Positions 19,100 through 28,799 are shown, counted from the stretch's first letter. The stretch: DNA of 64,000 nt from Candidatus Gastranaerophilales bacterium (GCA_944322865.1 CALUQJ010000001.1:2223-66222), one strand, 5' to 3'. The notes: generated from the letters alone by a model not told the origin. Numbers and translations are program-made.

Positions 19100-20296
19100 A
19101 TGGATAAACTTATATATTTAGACAATAATGCGACAACACGTGTTGACGACAAAGTATTTGAAGCTATGCTGCCTTATTTTAAAGAAGAATATGCAAATCC
19201 GTCCAGCATGTATGAATTTGCCAAACCGGCAAGCCGTGCTATTAAAGAAGCACGTGCAAAAGTTCGCGATATGCTTAATGCGGCTAATGAAAAAGAAATA
19301 ATCTTTACTTCCTGCGGCTCAGAAAGTGCTAACGAAGCTATTCGCGGCGTTTTAAACATGAACAAAAACAAACGCCATATTATCACAACAAAAGTTGAAC
19401 ATCCTGCTGTTTTAAATCTATATCAAACACTTGAAAAACAAGGTTACAATGTTGACTATATAGGTGTTAATTCAAACGGTGAACTTGATCTTGAGCAGCT
19501 CAAAAACGCTGTTAACTCAGATACGGCTCTTGTTTCAGTTATGTATGCAAATAACGAAACAGGTGTTATCTATCCGATTGAAAAAATTTCAAACATAATA
19601 AAAACCCAAAACCCTAACACAAAATTATTTGTAGATGCTGTTCAGGCAGCCGGGAAAATTCCTATTGATGTTCAGGCTTTAGGTGTGGATTTACTGGGTA
19701 TTTCCGGACACAAATTCCATGCTCCCAAAGGTATCGGGGCTCTTTATATAAATTCAAAAACAGTTATAACCCCGTTAATAATAGGCGGACATCAGGAAAG
19801 AGGACTCCGCGCCGGAACTGAAAATGTTCCGTACATTGTGGGTATCGGCAAAGCAGCAGAGCTTGCGGTTGACAATCTTAAATATGAAATGACAGAAGTT
19901 AAGCGTCTGCGTGACCGCCTTGAAGCAAATATTCTAAAAAATGTTTTCAATTCCCGTCTGAATACTGGTGTTGCAAACCGTGTTCCCAACACAACTAATA
20001 TAGGTTTTGAATACATTGAAGGAGAATTGATTTTGCTCCACCTCAGCGATTTAGGAATATGCGCAAGTTCCGGCAGCGCCTGCACATCAGGTTCACTTGA
20101 GCCAAGCCATGTTCTAAGAGCTATGGGGGTACCGTTTACAGCTATTCACGGAAGTATTCGCTTCTCTCTTAGCAAATACACAACTGAAAAAGAAATTGAT
20201 TATGTAACAGAAGTTCTGCCGGGGATCGTAAATAAATTAACCAACCTCTCACCATTCCAGAATGAACTCGAAGAACTCAGAAAACTGAAATCTTAA
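19100..20296 (+). CDS. nifS: Cysteine desulfurase NifS
   Basis: SGHKFHAPKGIGALY (PLP Lys), SSGSACTSG (active Cys), adjacent to nifU. Confidence 0.9.
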   Translation: MDKLIYLDNNATTRVDDKVFEAMLPYFKEEYANPSSMYEFAKPASRAIKEARAKVRDMLNAANEKEIIFTSCGSESANEAIRGVLNMNKNKRHIITTKVEHPAVLNLYQTLEKQGYNVDYIGVNSNGELDLEQLKNAVNSDTALVSVMYANNETGVIYPIEKISNIIKTQNPNTKLFVDAVQAAGKIPIDVQALGVDLLGISGHKFHAPKGIGALYINSKTVITPLIIGGHQERGLRAGTENVPYIVGIGKAAELAVDNLKYEMTEVKRLRDRLEANILKNVFNSRLNTGVANRVPNTTNIGFEYIEGELILLHLSDLGICASSGSACTSGSLEPSHVLRAMGVPFTAIHGSIRFSLSKYTTEKEIDYVTEVLPGIVNKLTNLSPFQNELEELRKLKS

Positions 20297-20336
20297 TCAA
20301 ATTACCGGCAATAAATTTCAGAAAACGCTTTTTCTA

Positions 20337-20345
20337 TGCTAAAAT
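20337..20345 (+). promoter_or_regulatory. Extended -10 (TGC-TAAAAT) 6 nt before the purS ATG (leaderless geometry)
   Basis: TGCTAAAAT, AATTGT, ATG at 20352, no SD. Confidence 0.4.
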
Positions 20346-20351
20346 AATTGT

Positions 20352-20612
20352 ATGAAAAAGTTCAATATAACAGTAGATGTAGGTCTGAAGCCTACAATCA
20401 AAGACATAAAAGCTCTAACTCTAAAAGAAGCTGTCGGACATATAACTGACATTAAAGATTTTCAATGCAGGCTGCAAAACAGATATCTTCTGGAGTTTTC
20501 AGCAGAGAATAAACAACAGGCTGAAAAAACTGTACAGCTTATAGCAGAAGAAGTTCTTGCAAACAGTGTTATTGAAACCTACAATATATCATGGAACGAA
20601 ACTGATGAGTAA
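20352..20612 (+). CDS. purS: Phosphoribosylformylglycinamidine synthase subunit PurS
   Basis: 86 aa, V.LKPTIKD-type PurS start, immediately precedes and overlaps purQ. Confidence 0.8.
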   Translation: MKKFNITVDVGLKPTIKDIKALTLKEAVGHITDIKDFQCRLQNRYLLEFSAENKQQAEKTVQLIAEEVLANSVIETYNISWNETDE

Positions 20613-21204
20613 AATAAAAGCCGGAATTATCACTTTTTTAGGCACAAATTGTGAACAGGATACCAAACATGCCTGTGAATTTTTCGGCTGGAATACTGAA
20701 TATATCTGGCAAAACGAGAAAATTGACAAGCATTATGATGTAATTTTTCTTCCAGGGGGGTTTTCTTTTGGCGATCACATCTCATCAGGGCGTATTGCAA
20801 AACTCACCCCTGCTGTTCAATCATTACCTCTCGGGAAAACATTAATCGTTGGGATTTGCAACGGGTTTCAGATACTGTGCGAGGCAAAATTGCTTTCTGG
20901 TGCCCTGACCTATAATGAAAATCTCAAATTCATCTCACGCGTTGTACCACTGGAATTTTTAGGGGAAATTATCCATATTCCGGTTGCACATCATCAGGGA
21001 AACTACATCTTTTGCGGCGGAGATGAAGAAGTTCTTCTAAGATATTCTGAAAATATCAACGGGTCTGATGAGCATATTGCGGGAATTTATAACAGTGAAA
21101 ACAAAATAATAGGTATGATGCCGCATCCCGAACGCGCCGTGTCCTCAGAACTCGGATTAACGGATGGAAGAAAGATTTTTGAGTTTATTGAAAATGAAAT
21201 ATAA
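20605..21204 (+). CDS. purQ: Phosphoribosylformylglycinamidine synthase glutaminase subunit PurQ
   Basis: GTNCEQD, LPGGFSFGD, GICNGFQIL (Cys), MPHPER (His). The ATG overlaps the purS stop. The track start at 20557 was rejected. Confidence 0.9.
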   Translation: MSKIKAGIITFLGTNCEQDTKHACEFFGWNTEYIWQNEKIDKHYDVIFLPGGFSFGDHISSGRIAKLTPAVQSLPLGKTLIVGICNGFQILCEAKLLSGALTYNENLKFISRVVPLEFLGEIIHIPVAHHQGNYIFCGGDEEVLLRYSENINGSDEHIAGIYNSENKIIGMMPHPERAVSSELGLTDGRKIFEFIENEI

Positions 21205-22708
21205 AAATTACATTACAGAAAAATTAAATAGAAAACCAAATGAATTTGAATTGCATCTTTTCAGCGCAACATATTCAGAGCACTGCGGATATTTACATTC
21301 AAAAGAACTGCTTAAACTTTTGCCTAAAGACAAAGCTGTTTTTGCAGCAGAAAACGCCGGAGGCATAAAAATCGGCAGGCATGCTGTTCTTTTCAAAATG
21401 GAATCGCATAATCATCCCTGCGCTGTTGAACCTTTTAACGGAGCCGCAACCGGCATAGGCGGAATTGTAAGAGATGTACTTGCTATGAATGCACGTCCTA
21501 TTGCATTGTGCAACTCTTTAAAATTCGGGAATGATAAAAGAATTATAAAAGGTGTTGTAGAAGGTATTTCAAATTACGGTAACTGCATCGGTGTCCCGAC
21601 AGTATCAACAGAAGTCTTATATAATGAACGTTTCACTGAAAATCCGCTCGTAAATGTGACTGCAATAGGTATTGCAAAGTTTGACGATATTATAACTTCA
21701 AATTCTGCGTATGCGGGGCTAAAACTCATGCTTGTCGGCTCGCACACAATGAAAGACGGTATGGGCGGGGCAAGTTTTGCGTCTAAGAAATTAAGTGATG
21801 AAAAAAAAGAAGACAAGCTTTCTATCCAGATAGCAAACCCTTTTATGAAAAAGAAACTTATAGAAGCATGTCTTGAATCATTTAATAAAAAACTTGTTGT
21901 AACCTGTCAGGATTGCGGGGCGGCTGGAATTTTATCCTCTACATCAGAAATAGCTTTCAAAAGTAATGTCGGCGTTGATATAGATCTTGATAAAATCCAC
22001 ATTGGCGATACTTCCATAAAAGATTTTGAAATTATGCTCTCCGAAACTCAGGAAAGAATGCTTTTTGCCGTCAAAGAAGAAAATATTCCTCGTATAAAGG
22101 CGATTATGGACAAATACGAAATTCCGTATTCGGTTATTGGGGATGTAATTGAGCGCAAATCATACATAATAAGACGCGGGAATAATATTTTAGCGGATTT
22201 ACCTGTAAATGTTCTGGTTACGCCGCCTTCTGTACCGCTGGATTTTACAGAAATTCCAATAACTGATCCGCCTGTAAAAAACATTAATTCGCCTGAAATA
22301 TACAATCAATATGACCATACAGTAGGAATAAGAACACAATTGCAGCCGGACGATAACCCGCAATTTAATTCGCTTTATCTGTGGGAAGAAAACTGTTCAC
22401 TCGGAATTTATACATTTTCGTCTACTGTTACAGAAACATACACTGCATTAAAAAAAGCGGAGAACGAATTTATAAAACGTGGATTTGAACCTGAAGGCAT
22501 CACTAACTGTCTGAATTTTGCCAATCCGGAAATTCCGCCGACAATGGCTGAATTTAAAAAAGCAATTCTTGCAATAAAAAAATTCTGCGAAGAAAGCGGA
22601 GTAACTGTATGTTCCGGTAATGTTTCGTTCTACAATGAAAGTTCAACATCAAAAATAATCAACATGCCTGCCTTCACTATGATAGGTGTAAAAAAAGCTC
22701 CTCGTTAA
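21194..22708 (+). CDS. purL: Phosphoribosylformylglycinamidine synthase subunit PurL, unusually short (504 aa; C-terminal subdomain apparently missing)
   Basis: SEHCGYLHSK, ESHNHPCAVEPFNGAATGIGGIVRD, second-half GNVSFYNE. The ORF ends about 15 aa after that motif, inside a hairpin. Confidence 0.8.
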   Translation: MKYKNYITEKLNRKPNEFELHLFSATYSEHCGYLHSKELLKLLPKDKAVFAAENAGGIKIGRHAVLFKMESHNHPCAVEPFNGAATGIGGIVRDVLAMNARPIALCNSLKFGNDKRIIKGVVEGISNYGNCIGVPTVSTEVLYNERFTENPLVNVTAIGIAKFDDIITSNSAYAGLKLMLVGSHTMKDGMGGASFASKKLSDEKKEDKLSIQIANPFMKKKLIEACLESFNKKLVVTCQDCGAAGILSSTSEIAFKSNVGVDIDLDKIHIGDTSIKDFEIMLSETQERMLFAVKEENIPRIKAIMDKYEIPYSVIGDVIERKSYIIRRGNNILADLPVNVLVTPPSVPLDFTEIPITDPPVKNINSPEIYNQYDHTVGIRTQLQPDDNPQFNSLYLWEENCSLGIYTFSSTVTETYTALKKAENEFIKRGFEPEGITNCLNFANPEIPPTMAEFKKAILAIKKFCEESGVTVCSGNVSFYNESSTSKIINMPAFTMIGVKKAPR

Positions 22709-22716
22709 GAGGAGCT
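22690..22716 (-). terminator. Rho-independent terminator of the minus-strand paralog operon, overlapping the last purL codons
   Basis: Stem AGCTCCTC/GAGGAGCT with loop GTTAA containing the purL stop. 7-T run on the minus strand. Confidence 0.55.
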
Positions 22717-22740
22717 ATAAGGATTTAAGTTTAGTTGATT

Positions 22741-23658
22741 TTATGATTTCTGTGGTTGTGTTTCCTGTTTATGTTTAAGATATTTTTCTCCGAGTTTATT
22801 AGCTATCGGTGTAACCAGTACAGGAACAAGGTATCTGTATACTGCACCGAATACAATCATTGTTTTTAGCAAGCCCATACCTTCAATCTGGTTGAGCAAT
22901 GCCTTTTTCTGTTTCGGAAGCATTGACTTGAAGTTGTTTCTTGTTTTGACAAATTCTTTAACCATTTCAGTATCATCAAGCAGCAATTTCAAATCTTTTT
23001 TAGAAACTTTATCTTTGTTTGCTTTTATGATTTCTTCGTTGTTTTTAAGAATTTCTTTATTCTTAGCTACAAAATCTTGTGCGAGTGCTTCATCGTTAAG
23101 CCGCAAGCCTGCGAATTTAGCAGTCTGCTTATCCCACCAGTTACCGAGCTTACTGTCTATTGCGTAAGCACCGGCAGTTGAGATAACAAATGTCAGGAAC
23201 TGGTTAAGAGCTAGAGTGCGTTTTCTGTCTTTATCCAGTTTGTCATTATCAAGTGTCTTATACATATACATACCGCTTGTGATAGCTGAGCCTACAGCAA
23301 GCAGGTGATTAAACAGATATCTGCTGTTTTTAAATTTTTCGGCTGCCCAGTTCATCGGGCGGCTGTCTACAAGAGGGGCAGTAAAGTATTTTGCGATTTT
23401 ATCAACACCTTTGTCATATAATTTGTTGATATTTTTGAAAATACTTGATTTTTTAGGTAATGTTTCTGTGATAATACCGGCAGCACCGCCTTCAAATGTC
23501 GGGATAGCCTGTGTTCTGTTCGGGAACGTAGGAATCTGCTGATGTTCATTCGGGAATGTCGGAATTTGTTGATGAGCATTCGGGAAAGTAGGTATCTGCC
23601 CGCGTTTTGCCGGAGTATTTTGTTGATTATATCTTATATTTTGGAGAGTTACTTGCAT
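22741..23658 (-). CDS. Hypothetical membrane protein with N-terminal QIPTFPN decapeptide repeats; paralog of the upstream gene
   Basis: 3.5 copies of QIPTFPNxHQ, hydrophobic segments (LLAVGSAITSGMYMY, FLTFVISTAGAYAI, MIVFGAVYRYLVPVLV), TAATG 1-nt overlap with the upstream gene. Confidence 0.6.
   Translation of the reverse strand: MQVTLQNIRYNQQNTPAKRGQIPTFPNAHQQIPTFPNEHQQIPTFPNRTQAIPTFEGGAAGIITETLPKKSSIFKNINKLYDKGVDKIAKYFTAPLVDSRPMNWAAEKFKNSRYLFNHLLAVGSAITSGMYMYKTLDNDKLDKDRKRTLALNQFLTFVISTAGAYAIDSKLGNWWDKQTAKFAGLRLNDEALAQDFVAKNKEILKNNEEIIKANKDKVSKKDLKLLLDDTEMVKEFVKTRNNFKSMLPKQKKALLNQIEGMGLLKTMIVFGAVYRYLVPVLVTPIANKLGEKYLKHKQETQPQKS
23494..23598 (-). repeat. Coding tandem repeat, 30-bp period, about 3.5 copies
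   Basis: GAACGTAGGAATCTGCTGATGTTCATTCGG / GAATGTCGGAATTTGTTGATGAGCATTCGG / ... on the plus strand, encoding QIPTFPN(A/E)HQ. Confidence 0.85.
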
Positions 23659-24539
23659 TATTTGAGCCCTCCTCTAAATTCGTTAAATGATTTCATCATA
23701 GGTCTTGTTGTATCCATCGCAACCTGTACCGGCTGTGCGGCAGGCGCTTTTTTCTTTTCTAAACCAAATACATATTTCAAAATCGGCGGTATAAGAGCAA
23801 TTGTTAACATTGATCGCGGAACACCGATTACCCAGTCAGGGATGTTTTTAGAAATTTGTTTTAATGCGTTTTTAGAGTTTTTAATTAAACGTTTTTGTTT
23901 TTTTAGTTCAAGAGTCATTTCCTGCCCGTCAAATTGTTTAAGGTCATCAGAAAGCTGTTTCAAACGTTTTGAGCCGTATTCATCATAACCTTTTACAACT
24001 CTTACGACATTGCCGTCATTATCAAGAATCTCTCTTGCACCAAAGAGTTTTTTAACCGCGGTATCAAGAGGGCTTGTGAGGATAACTGATGCGACAAAAC
24101 CGATAACACCTGATGCAATTGCATGCCCTGCTGAATAAATTTTGTCCTCTTTATCCTTTTTACCCGGTAAAGAAACAATAGTAGCAGGTCTTAATATACC
24201 TGCTAATATCAATGCCATAAATGCGCTGGATGCAATGTTGTGATCGTTCACCATACCCATTGCTTTAGCATACCAGTCACTTTTCATCATTCTTTGACCG
24301 AGCGATAAGCCCTGATTTAAAACAGTAGCGGCAACTTCACTCTTTCCCGTAAAGCTGCCGCTATATGCTGCATTATATCCTTTTTTATTTTGTTTTTCTT
24401 CACACAAACCCGCATAATTTCGCTCCTTAAAGTCCTGCGAGTTCCTTAACTCCTGCACTCCGAGAGCCATTGGGGAATCCTTCGTTCCCGCTGACCCCTT
24501 AGTGAGGTTTATTTGATAATGAATCGAGTTAATTTTCAT
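23658..24539 (-). CDS. Hypothetical membrane protein, paralog of 22741..23658
   Basis: Same architecture (soluble N-terminus, two central TM segments around a KD-rich loop, K-rich helical region, C-terminal TM). SD GGTGGA. Confidence 0.6.
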   Translation of the reverse strand: MKINSIHYQINLTKGSAGTKDSPMALGVQELRNSQDFKERNYAGLCEEKQNKKGYNAAYSGSFTGKSEVAATVLNQGLSLGQRMMKSDWYAKAMGMVNDHNIASSAFMALILAGILRPATIVSLPGKKDKEDKIYSAGHAIASGVIGFVASVILTSPLDTAVKKLFGAREILDNDGNVVRVVKGYDEYGSKRLKQLSDDLKQFDGQEMTLELKKQKRLIKNSKNALKQISKNIPDWVIGVPRSMLTIALIPPILKYVFGLEKKKAPAAQPVQVAMDTTRPMMKSFNEFRGGLK

Positions 24540-24800
24540 AATCCACCATTTAAAATATTGCTACACTTGTCCTACTTTCATATTAAACCAAAGAAAAATA
24601 TTTTTTGCTATATTTTTATGAAACTTTACAATTATTTTTCTCAAAATCTCTAAACCTGCTGTCCTGCCGCGTTTTGCAGTCACTAAATTCAACTTTACAA
24701 TTAGTGTTTAAATAACACTTTTGTAGTATTTTGTTACACACTTGTACAAATATAATAAATATATTATTATATCTTAAACAGCAAAATCAGAGGAGTGAAT

Positions 24801-25652
24801 ATGATTGATCAGATTTTAAGTTATGCAGATAAATTAGGGAAATTGCTATCCGTATTTAAGGTGAGCATGATTGTCGGAGTTTTTGTCAACCTCGCAATAA
24901 TCATCGTATTATTTAAGTTAACGGACATATTTATACATAAACTCCACCAGCGTTTCAAATCAAATGAAAACGCTGCATCTTTTGTCCATATATTTCCTAT
25001 TCTGGAAAAGATAATCAAGTTTTTAATAGTATTCTTTGTTGTTGCATCATTTCTGCAAAGTCATGGATATTCACTGACATCTGTTATTGCAGGTTTTGGT
25101 ATTACAGGTTTGGCAGTTGGTTTTGCGGCGCAGCAGACAATTGCATCTATGTTCGGCACAATGGGGATTTTAGCTGACAAAACTTACAAAATCGGAGATT
25201 ACATAAAAATAAACGACCTTGAGGGTACTGTTGAAAGTATCAACCTTCGTTCTACCAAAATACGCTCATTGCCGAATTATCTTGTAACAGTTCCTAATGA
25301 TGTTGTAGCAAATAATATTGTTGAAAACATAACCCGTGCCCATAAACGCCGGATTGATGCGACTTTTGGAATTACCTATGACACAAGCAACGAAAAAATA
25401 GAACGAGCAATGGAGATTATCCGGTTTGTGGCACAGCGCCATCCGGAAGTTTATGATGATTACGCCGTAAATATTGAAACGCTAGACAGCAGTTCTATTA
25501 ATATCAGACTTATTGCTTATGCTAAAACAAGAATTTACACAGAGTTCTTACGCATAAGAAGCGAAGTTTATCTTGATGTAATAAAACAGTTCAGAGAAGA
25601 CAAAATCGAATTTGCATTCCCTTCAACTACTGTTTATATGGCTAAAAACTAA
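24801..25652 (+). CDS. mscS: Small-conductance mechanosensitive channel (MscS family)
   Basis: TM helices then IGDYIKINDLEGTVESINLRSTKIRSLPNYLVTVPN. ATG at 24801 has a GGAG SD. Confidence 0.85.
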   Translation: MIDQILSYADKLGKLLSVFKVSMIVGVFVNLAIIIVLFKLTDIFIHKLHQRFKSNENAASFVHIFPILEKIIKFLIVFFVVASFLQSHGYSLTSVIAGFGITGLAVGFAAQQTIASMFGTMGILADKTYKIGDYIKINDLEGTVESINLRSTKIRSLPNYLVTVPNDVVANNIVENITRAHKRRIDATFGITYDTSNEKIERAMEIIRFVAQRHPEVYDDYAVNIETLDSSSINIRLIAYAKTRIYTEFLRIRSEVYLDVIKQFREDKIEFAFPSTTVYMAKN

Positions 25653-26122
25653 TGAAAATAAAGATTATCGCGCTTGGGAAAATCAAAGAACGTTTTTTAA
25701 AAGAGGGTATAGATGAATTTCTTAAACGTCTTACACCTTATGCAAGTGTTGAGATTACAGAGCTTGCCGCAATAGAGATAAAAGATCAGAATTTAACGGC
25801 AAAAGTACTTGATGAGGAAGCAGAAAAAATTCTTGCGCATATAAAACAGCATTCCTATGTAATAACGCTTGAAATAGGCGGTAAAATGTTGTCATCAGAG
25901 GAATTTGCAGAAAAAATCAACACTCTTGCAAATGAAGGAACAGGAGAAATAGTTTTTGTCATTGGTTCTTCCTGCGGGATTTCTCCTAAGGTCAGCGCAA
26001 GAGCAAATTTCAAATTGAGCATGTCAAAAATGACTTTTCTTCATCAGTTTGCAAGGCTTATTCTTGTTGAACAGATTTATCGTGCCTTCAAGATAATCAA
26101 GTGCGAAACCTACCACAAATAA
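25652..26122 (+). CDS. rlmH: 23S rRNA (pseudouridine1915-N3)-methyltransferase RlmH
   Basis: MKIKIIALGKIKERFLKEGIDEF..., SPOUT C-terminus LSMSKMTFLHQFARLILVEQIYRA, 156 aa. Confidence 0.88.
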   Translation: MKIKIIALGKIKERFLKEGIDEFLKRLTPYASVEITELAAIEIKDQNLTAKVLDEEAEKILAHIKQHSYVITLEIGGKMLSSEEFAEKINTLANEGTGEIVFVIGSSCGISPKVSARANFKLSMSKMTFLHQFARLILVEQIYRAFKIIKCETYHK

Positions 26123-26125
26123 AAA

Positions 26126-26872
26126 TTACTGTAACCTTTCTATTATTCTTATATATTCTTTCTGCGCCTCAAAAACCATTTCAGAAATAAAATTCACAAA
26201 AGGTTCGTAATCATTTTTATTAGAAGCCTGCAATGCGCGTATGTAATCAGCACGAACAACCGGCGGAATACTTGTAATATTATATCCTGACTGTAACAGT
26301 GCTAAATTCATAAGCAATCTTGCGACACGTCCGTTGCCGTCTATAAACGGATGAATATTTACGAACAACACATGTACCATTGCTGCATATTCAACAGGAT
26401 GTGAATTTTGTTTTATCTGCGGCAATTTAGCTATAAACTCCTGCTTTTTACCTTCAATTTCAGAAGGTAAAGGAAAGTCAATGTCAGCCCCGGTCACAAT
26501 TACAGGGTTTTCTCTATAAACACCTGCGTTTTGAAGGTCAATTTTTGAATAAAAAAGTTTATGCAGAGTTTTAATATCATCTTCAGAAATAAAGTCCTTC
26601 TTTGATAATTCAAATAATTTATCATAAGCGTGAGCATGTCCCACTGCCTCCAGATGATCCTTTAATGGTTTTCCGCTGATTGTAAGTCCGTCCTCCAGAA
26701 CAACTTTTGTTTCCGCCAAATCCAAAGTATTTCCTTCCAGAGCATTAGATGTATATGTAAGTCCGATTTTATAGTATTCTCTGATTTGTTTTAAAACATC
26801 AGCACTTAATGGTCTAAACCCATCTATTTTAGCTTTTAATTCATCAATCTCCTTAAATCTGTTTTTATACAT
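26126..26872 (-). CDS. Fic-family protein (AMPylase type) with intramolecular inhibitory helix
   Basis: Fic motif HPFIDGNGRVARLLMN. N-terminal inhibitory motif SNALEG fits (S/T)xxxE(G/N). ATG at 26872 has SD AGGAGG. The track start at 26944 was rejected. Confidence 0.85.
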   Translation of the reverse strand: MYKNRFKEIDELKAKIDGFRPLSADVLKQIREYYKIGLTYTSNALEGNTLDLAETKVVLEDGLTISGKPLKDHLEAVGHAHAYDKLFELSKKDFISEDDIKTLHKLFYSKIDLQNAGVYRENPVIVTGADIDFPLPSEIEGKKQEFIAKLPQIKQNSHPVEYAAMVHVLFVNIHPFIDGNGRVARLLMNLALLQSGYNITSIPPVVRADYIRALQASNKNDYEPFVNFISEMVFEAQKEYIRIIERLQ

Positions 26873-26927
26873 ATAAACCTGCCTCCTGTATATAATAGCA
26901 TAAAAACAACATACACTATATAGTATA

Positions 26928-26955
26928 TTGAAACAATGCCGCAAAATGTTATAAT
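26928..26955 (+). promoter_or_regulatory. Sigma70-type promoter: TTGAAA, 16 nt, TGT-TATAAT
   Basis: TTGAAA at 26928-26933, extended -10 at 26947-26955, 32 nt upstream of the 26988 ATG. Confidence 0.5.
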
Positions 26956-26987
26956 ATCTATGTTAATACTCAAACTAGGAGAACATT

Positions 26988-28712
26988 ATGACAAAATACG
27001 AATTAAATCTCTCAATGGAAGAGTTGGAAAAACGCACGAACAAAGACTATTTGATGACAAAAAAGATGCTTGATGTTGATGCGCCGGAATATCTTGAACT
27101 GGCGGAGGGGGATAAGGAAGCCCTCAAACATCTTGTCAAAGCCGCTGATATCTTAGAAAAAATTAATATGCAGATAGATTGTCATGACAATTTAGGATTT
27201 AAAAAATATCTTGAAGAAGAAATAGCAAACGGCAACAAGCAGGCTGAACTTACAAAAATCCTGTTTGATGCGCAAAAAGGTATTAATGCAATAGATTCAC
27301 TTTCTCAAAAAATCAATCTTGCCAAAGGAATAACAGAACTTCCGGGCAAAGGTGTCTATCCTGCTGATTTATCAAAAGAAGAATTTCATCAGATTTTGAC
27401 CCAAATGTTAAAAGAAGGAAAAGCAGATAAAGTCAAAAAAATCCTCACCCAGCGCTCTGTCGTGGAACGTGACGGTGATGAACTTGCAGGAATCGATTAT
27501 ATAGACAAATTTAAAGACGATTTTGCCCAAATGGCGGATGAACTTGACAAAGCAGCCGAAACATCAACGAATGATGATTTTAACGAATATTTAAAATTAC
27601 AGGCAAAAGCATTATGCACGGCAGATCCTATGTTAGATGCTTATGCAGATAAAAAATGGGCAACTTTGCAGGATACGCCCCTTGAATTTACAATTACCCG
27701 CGAAAACTATGAAGATGAAATGACCGGCACCATTGTAGAAAATGAGGAATTGAAAAAACTTCTCGACGAAAACAACATTTCTCCTATCCCGAAAGATTTT
27801 CTCGGCGGTCGTGTTGGGATTATCAATAAAAAAGGCACCCATGACCTTCTTGCAATAAAAGAATATCTGCCTAAACTCGCAGATAACATGCCTTACCAAG
27901 ATGAATACACACAAAATATTTCAACTGAAGGCGATGTAAAACAAACCATGGTTGATGTTGATTTAGTAGCAGTAAAAGGTGATGTCGGAGCTTATCGCGG
28001 CGGCATTACACTAGCGGAAAATCTTCCGAATGACGACAAACTCTCACTCACCATAGGCGGCGGACGAAGAAATGTTTACCACAGACAAATTCGCTTTGTA
28101 AGTGATTATAAAAAATTACAGGAAAGACTGGACGCGATTTTAGATAAAGATCAGCACAAATATTACAACAATGAAGCAGATCACTGGTTCACAATAGGTC
28201 ATGAAAACGCGCACTCCTTAGGACCGCGTGAAGGCAGTGAAAAACTCGGCAAGTATCGCAACATAATAGAAGAAAACAAAGCTGATATGGGCGCTCTTGC
28301 ATTTGTTGATTTATTGACAGAACTCGGTATGTACACAGATGAACAACGCAAACAAATTATTGTAACAACAATTACCGACAATTTCTTAAAATCCAAGCCG
28401 ACAATGAGTCAGGCTCACCGTGTCAGAACAGTTATGCAGAACAAATATTTTGCCGAACGCGGCGCCTATGACATTATTGACGGGAAAATCCATGTTAATA
28501 TCGACAAAGTTGTGCCGATCGCAAAAGAAATGCTGGTCGAAATTGTACGTATACAGATAGACGGCGATTTCAACAAAGCAGAAAAATATGTTCTCGACAA
28601 CTTTGTCTGGACAGATAATATGGAATTAATCGGACAAAAACTCCAAAAAATCAACAAAACGCTTAACGGCAGAACAGAATCCAAATTAGCGGATTTCTTA
28701 CTTGCATCTTAA
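26988..28712 (+). CDS. Zinc metallopeptidase, DPP III (M49)-like family
   Basis: HENAHSLGP (HExxH) and downstream EENKADMGAL resemble the two M49-family zinc motifs in their HExxH variant. Confidence 0.55.
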   Translation: MTKYELNLSMEELEKRTNKDYLMTKKMLDVDAPEYLELAEGDKEALKHLVKAADILEKINMQIDCHDNLGFKKYLEEEIANGNKQAELTKILFDAQKGINAIDSLSQKINLAKGITELPGKGVYPADLSKEEFHQILTQMLKEGKADKVKKILTQRSVVERDGDELAGIDYIDKFKDDFAQMADELDKAAETSTNDDFNEYLKLQAKALCTADPMLDAYADKKWATLQDTPLEFTITRENYEDEMTGTIVENEELKKLLDENNISPIPKDFLGGRVGIINKKGTHDLLAIKEYLPKLADNMPYQDEYTQNISTEGDVKQTMVDVDLVAVKGDVGAYRGGITLAENLPNDDKLSLTIGGGRRNVYHRQIRFVSDYKKLQERLDAILDKDQHKYYNNEADHWFTIGHENAHSLGPREGSEKLGKYRNIIEENKADMGALAFVDLLTELGMYTDEQRKQIIVTTITDNFLKSKPTMSQAHRVRTVMQNKYFAERGAYDIIDGKIHVNIDKVVPIAKEMLVEIVRIQIDGDFNKAEKYVLDNFVWTDNMELIGQKLQKINKTLNGRTESKLADFLLAS

Positions 28713-28740
28713 TATTTGTAACTTTTAGTTATAAAATAGC

Positions 28741-28799
28741 AATTCTCCTGAATAAAAATCCTTTATATAAATATACGGGGAAATTCAGGAGAATTTTTT
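28741..28799 (+). promoter_or_regulatory. 13-bp perfect inverted repeat that sequesters the SD of the next ORF; also terminator-shaped
   Basis: AATTCTCCTGAAT (28741-28753) pairs with ATTCAGGAGAATT (28783-28795), followed by a T-run. The right arm contains the SD CAGGAG of the ATG at 28800. Confidence 0.5.

Noticed and set aside
23494-23598. 30-bp tandem repeats considered as a possible CRISPR-like or minisatellite array.
   Set aside because: The repeats are contiguous with no spacers, in frame, and encode the QIPTFPNxHQ decapeptide inside a clear ORF. No CRISPR array exists anywhere in the window.
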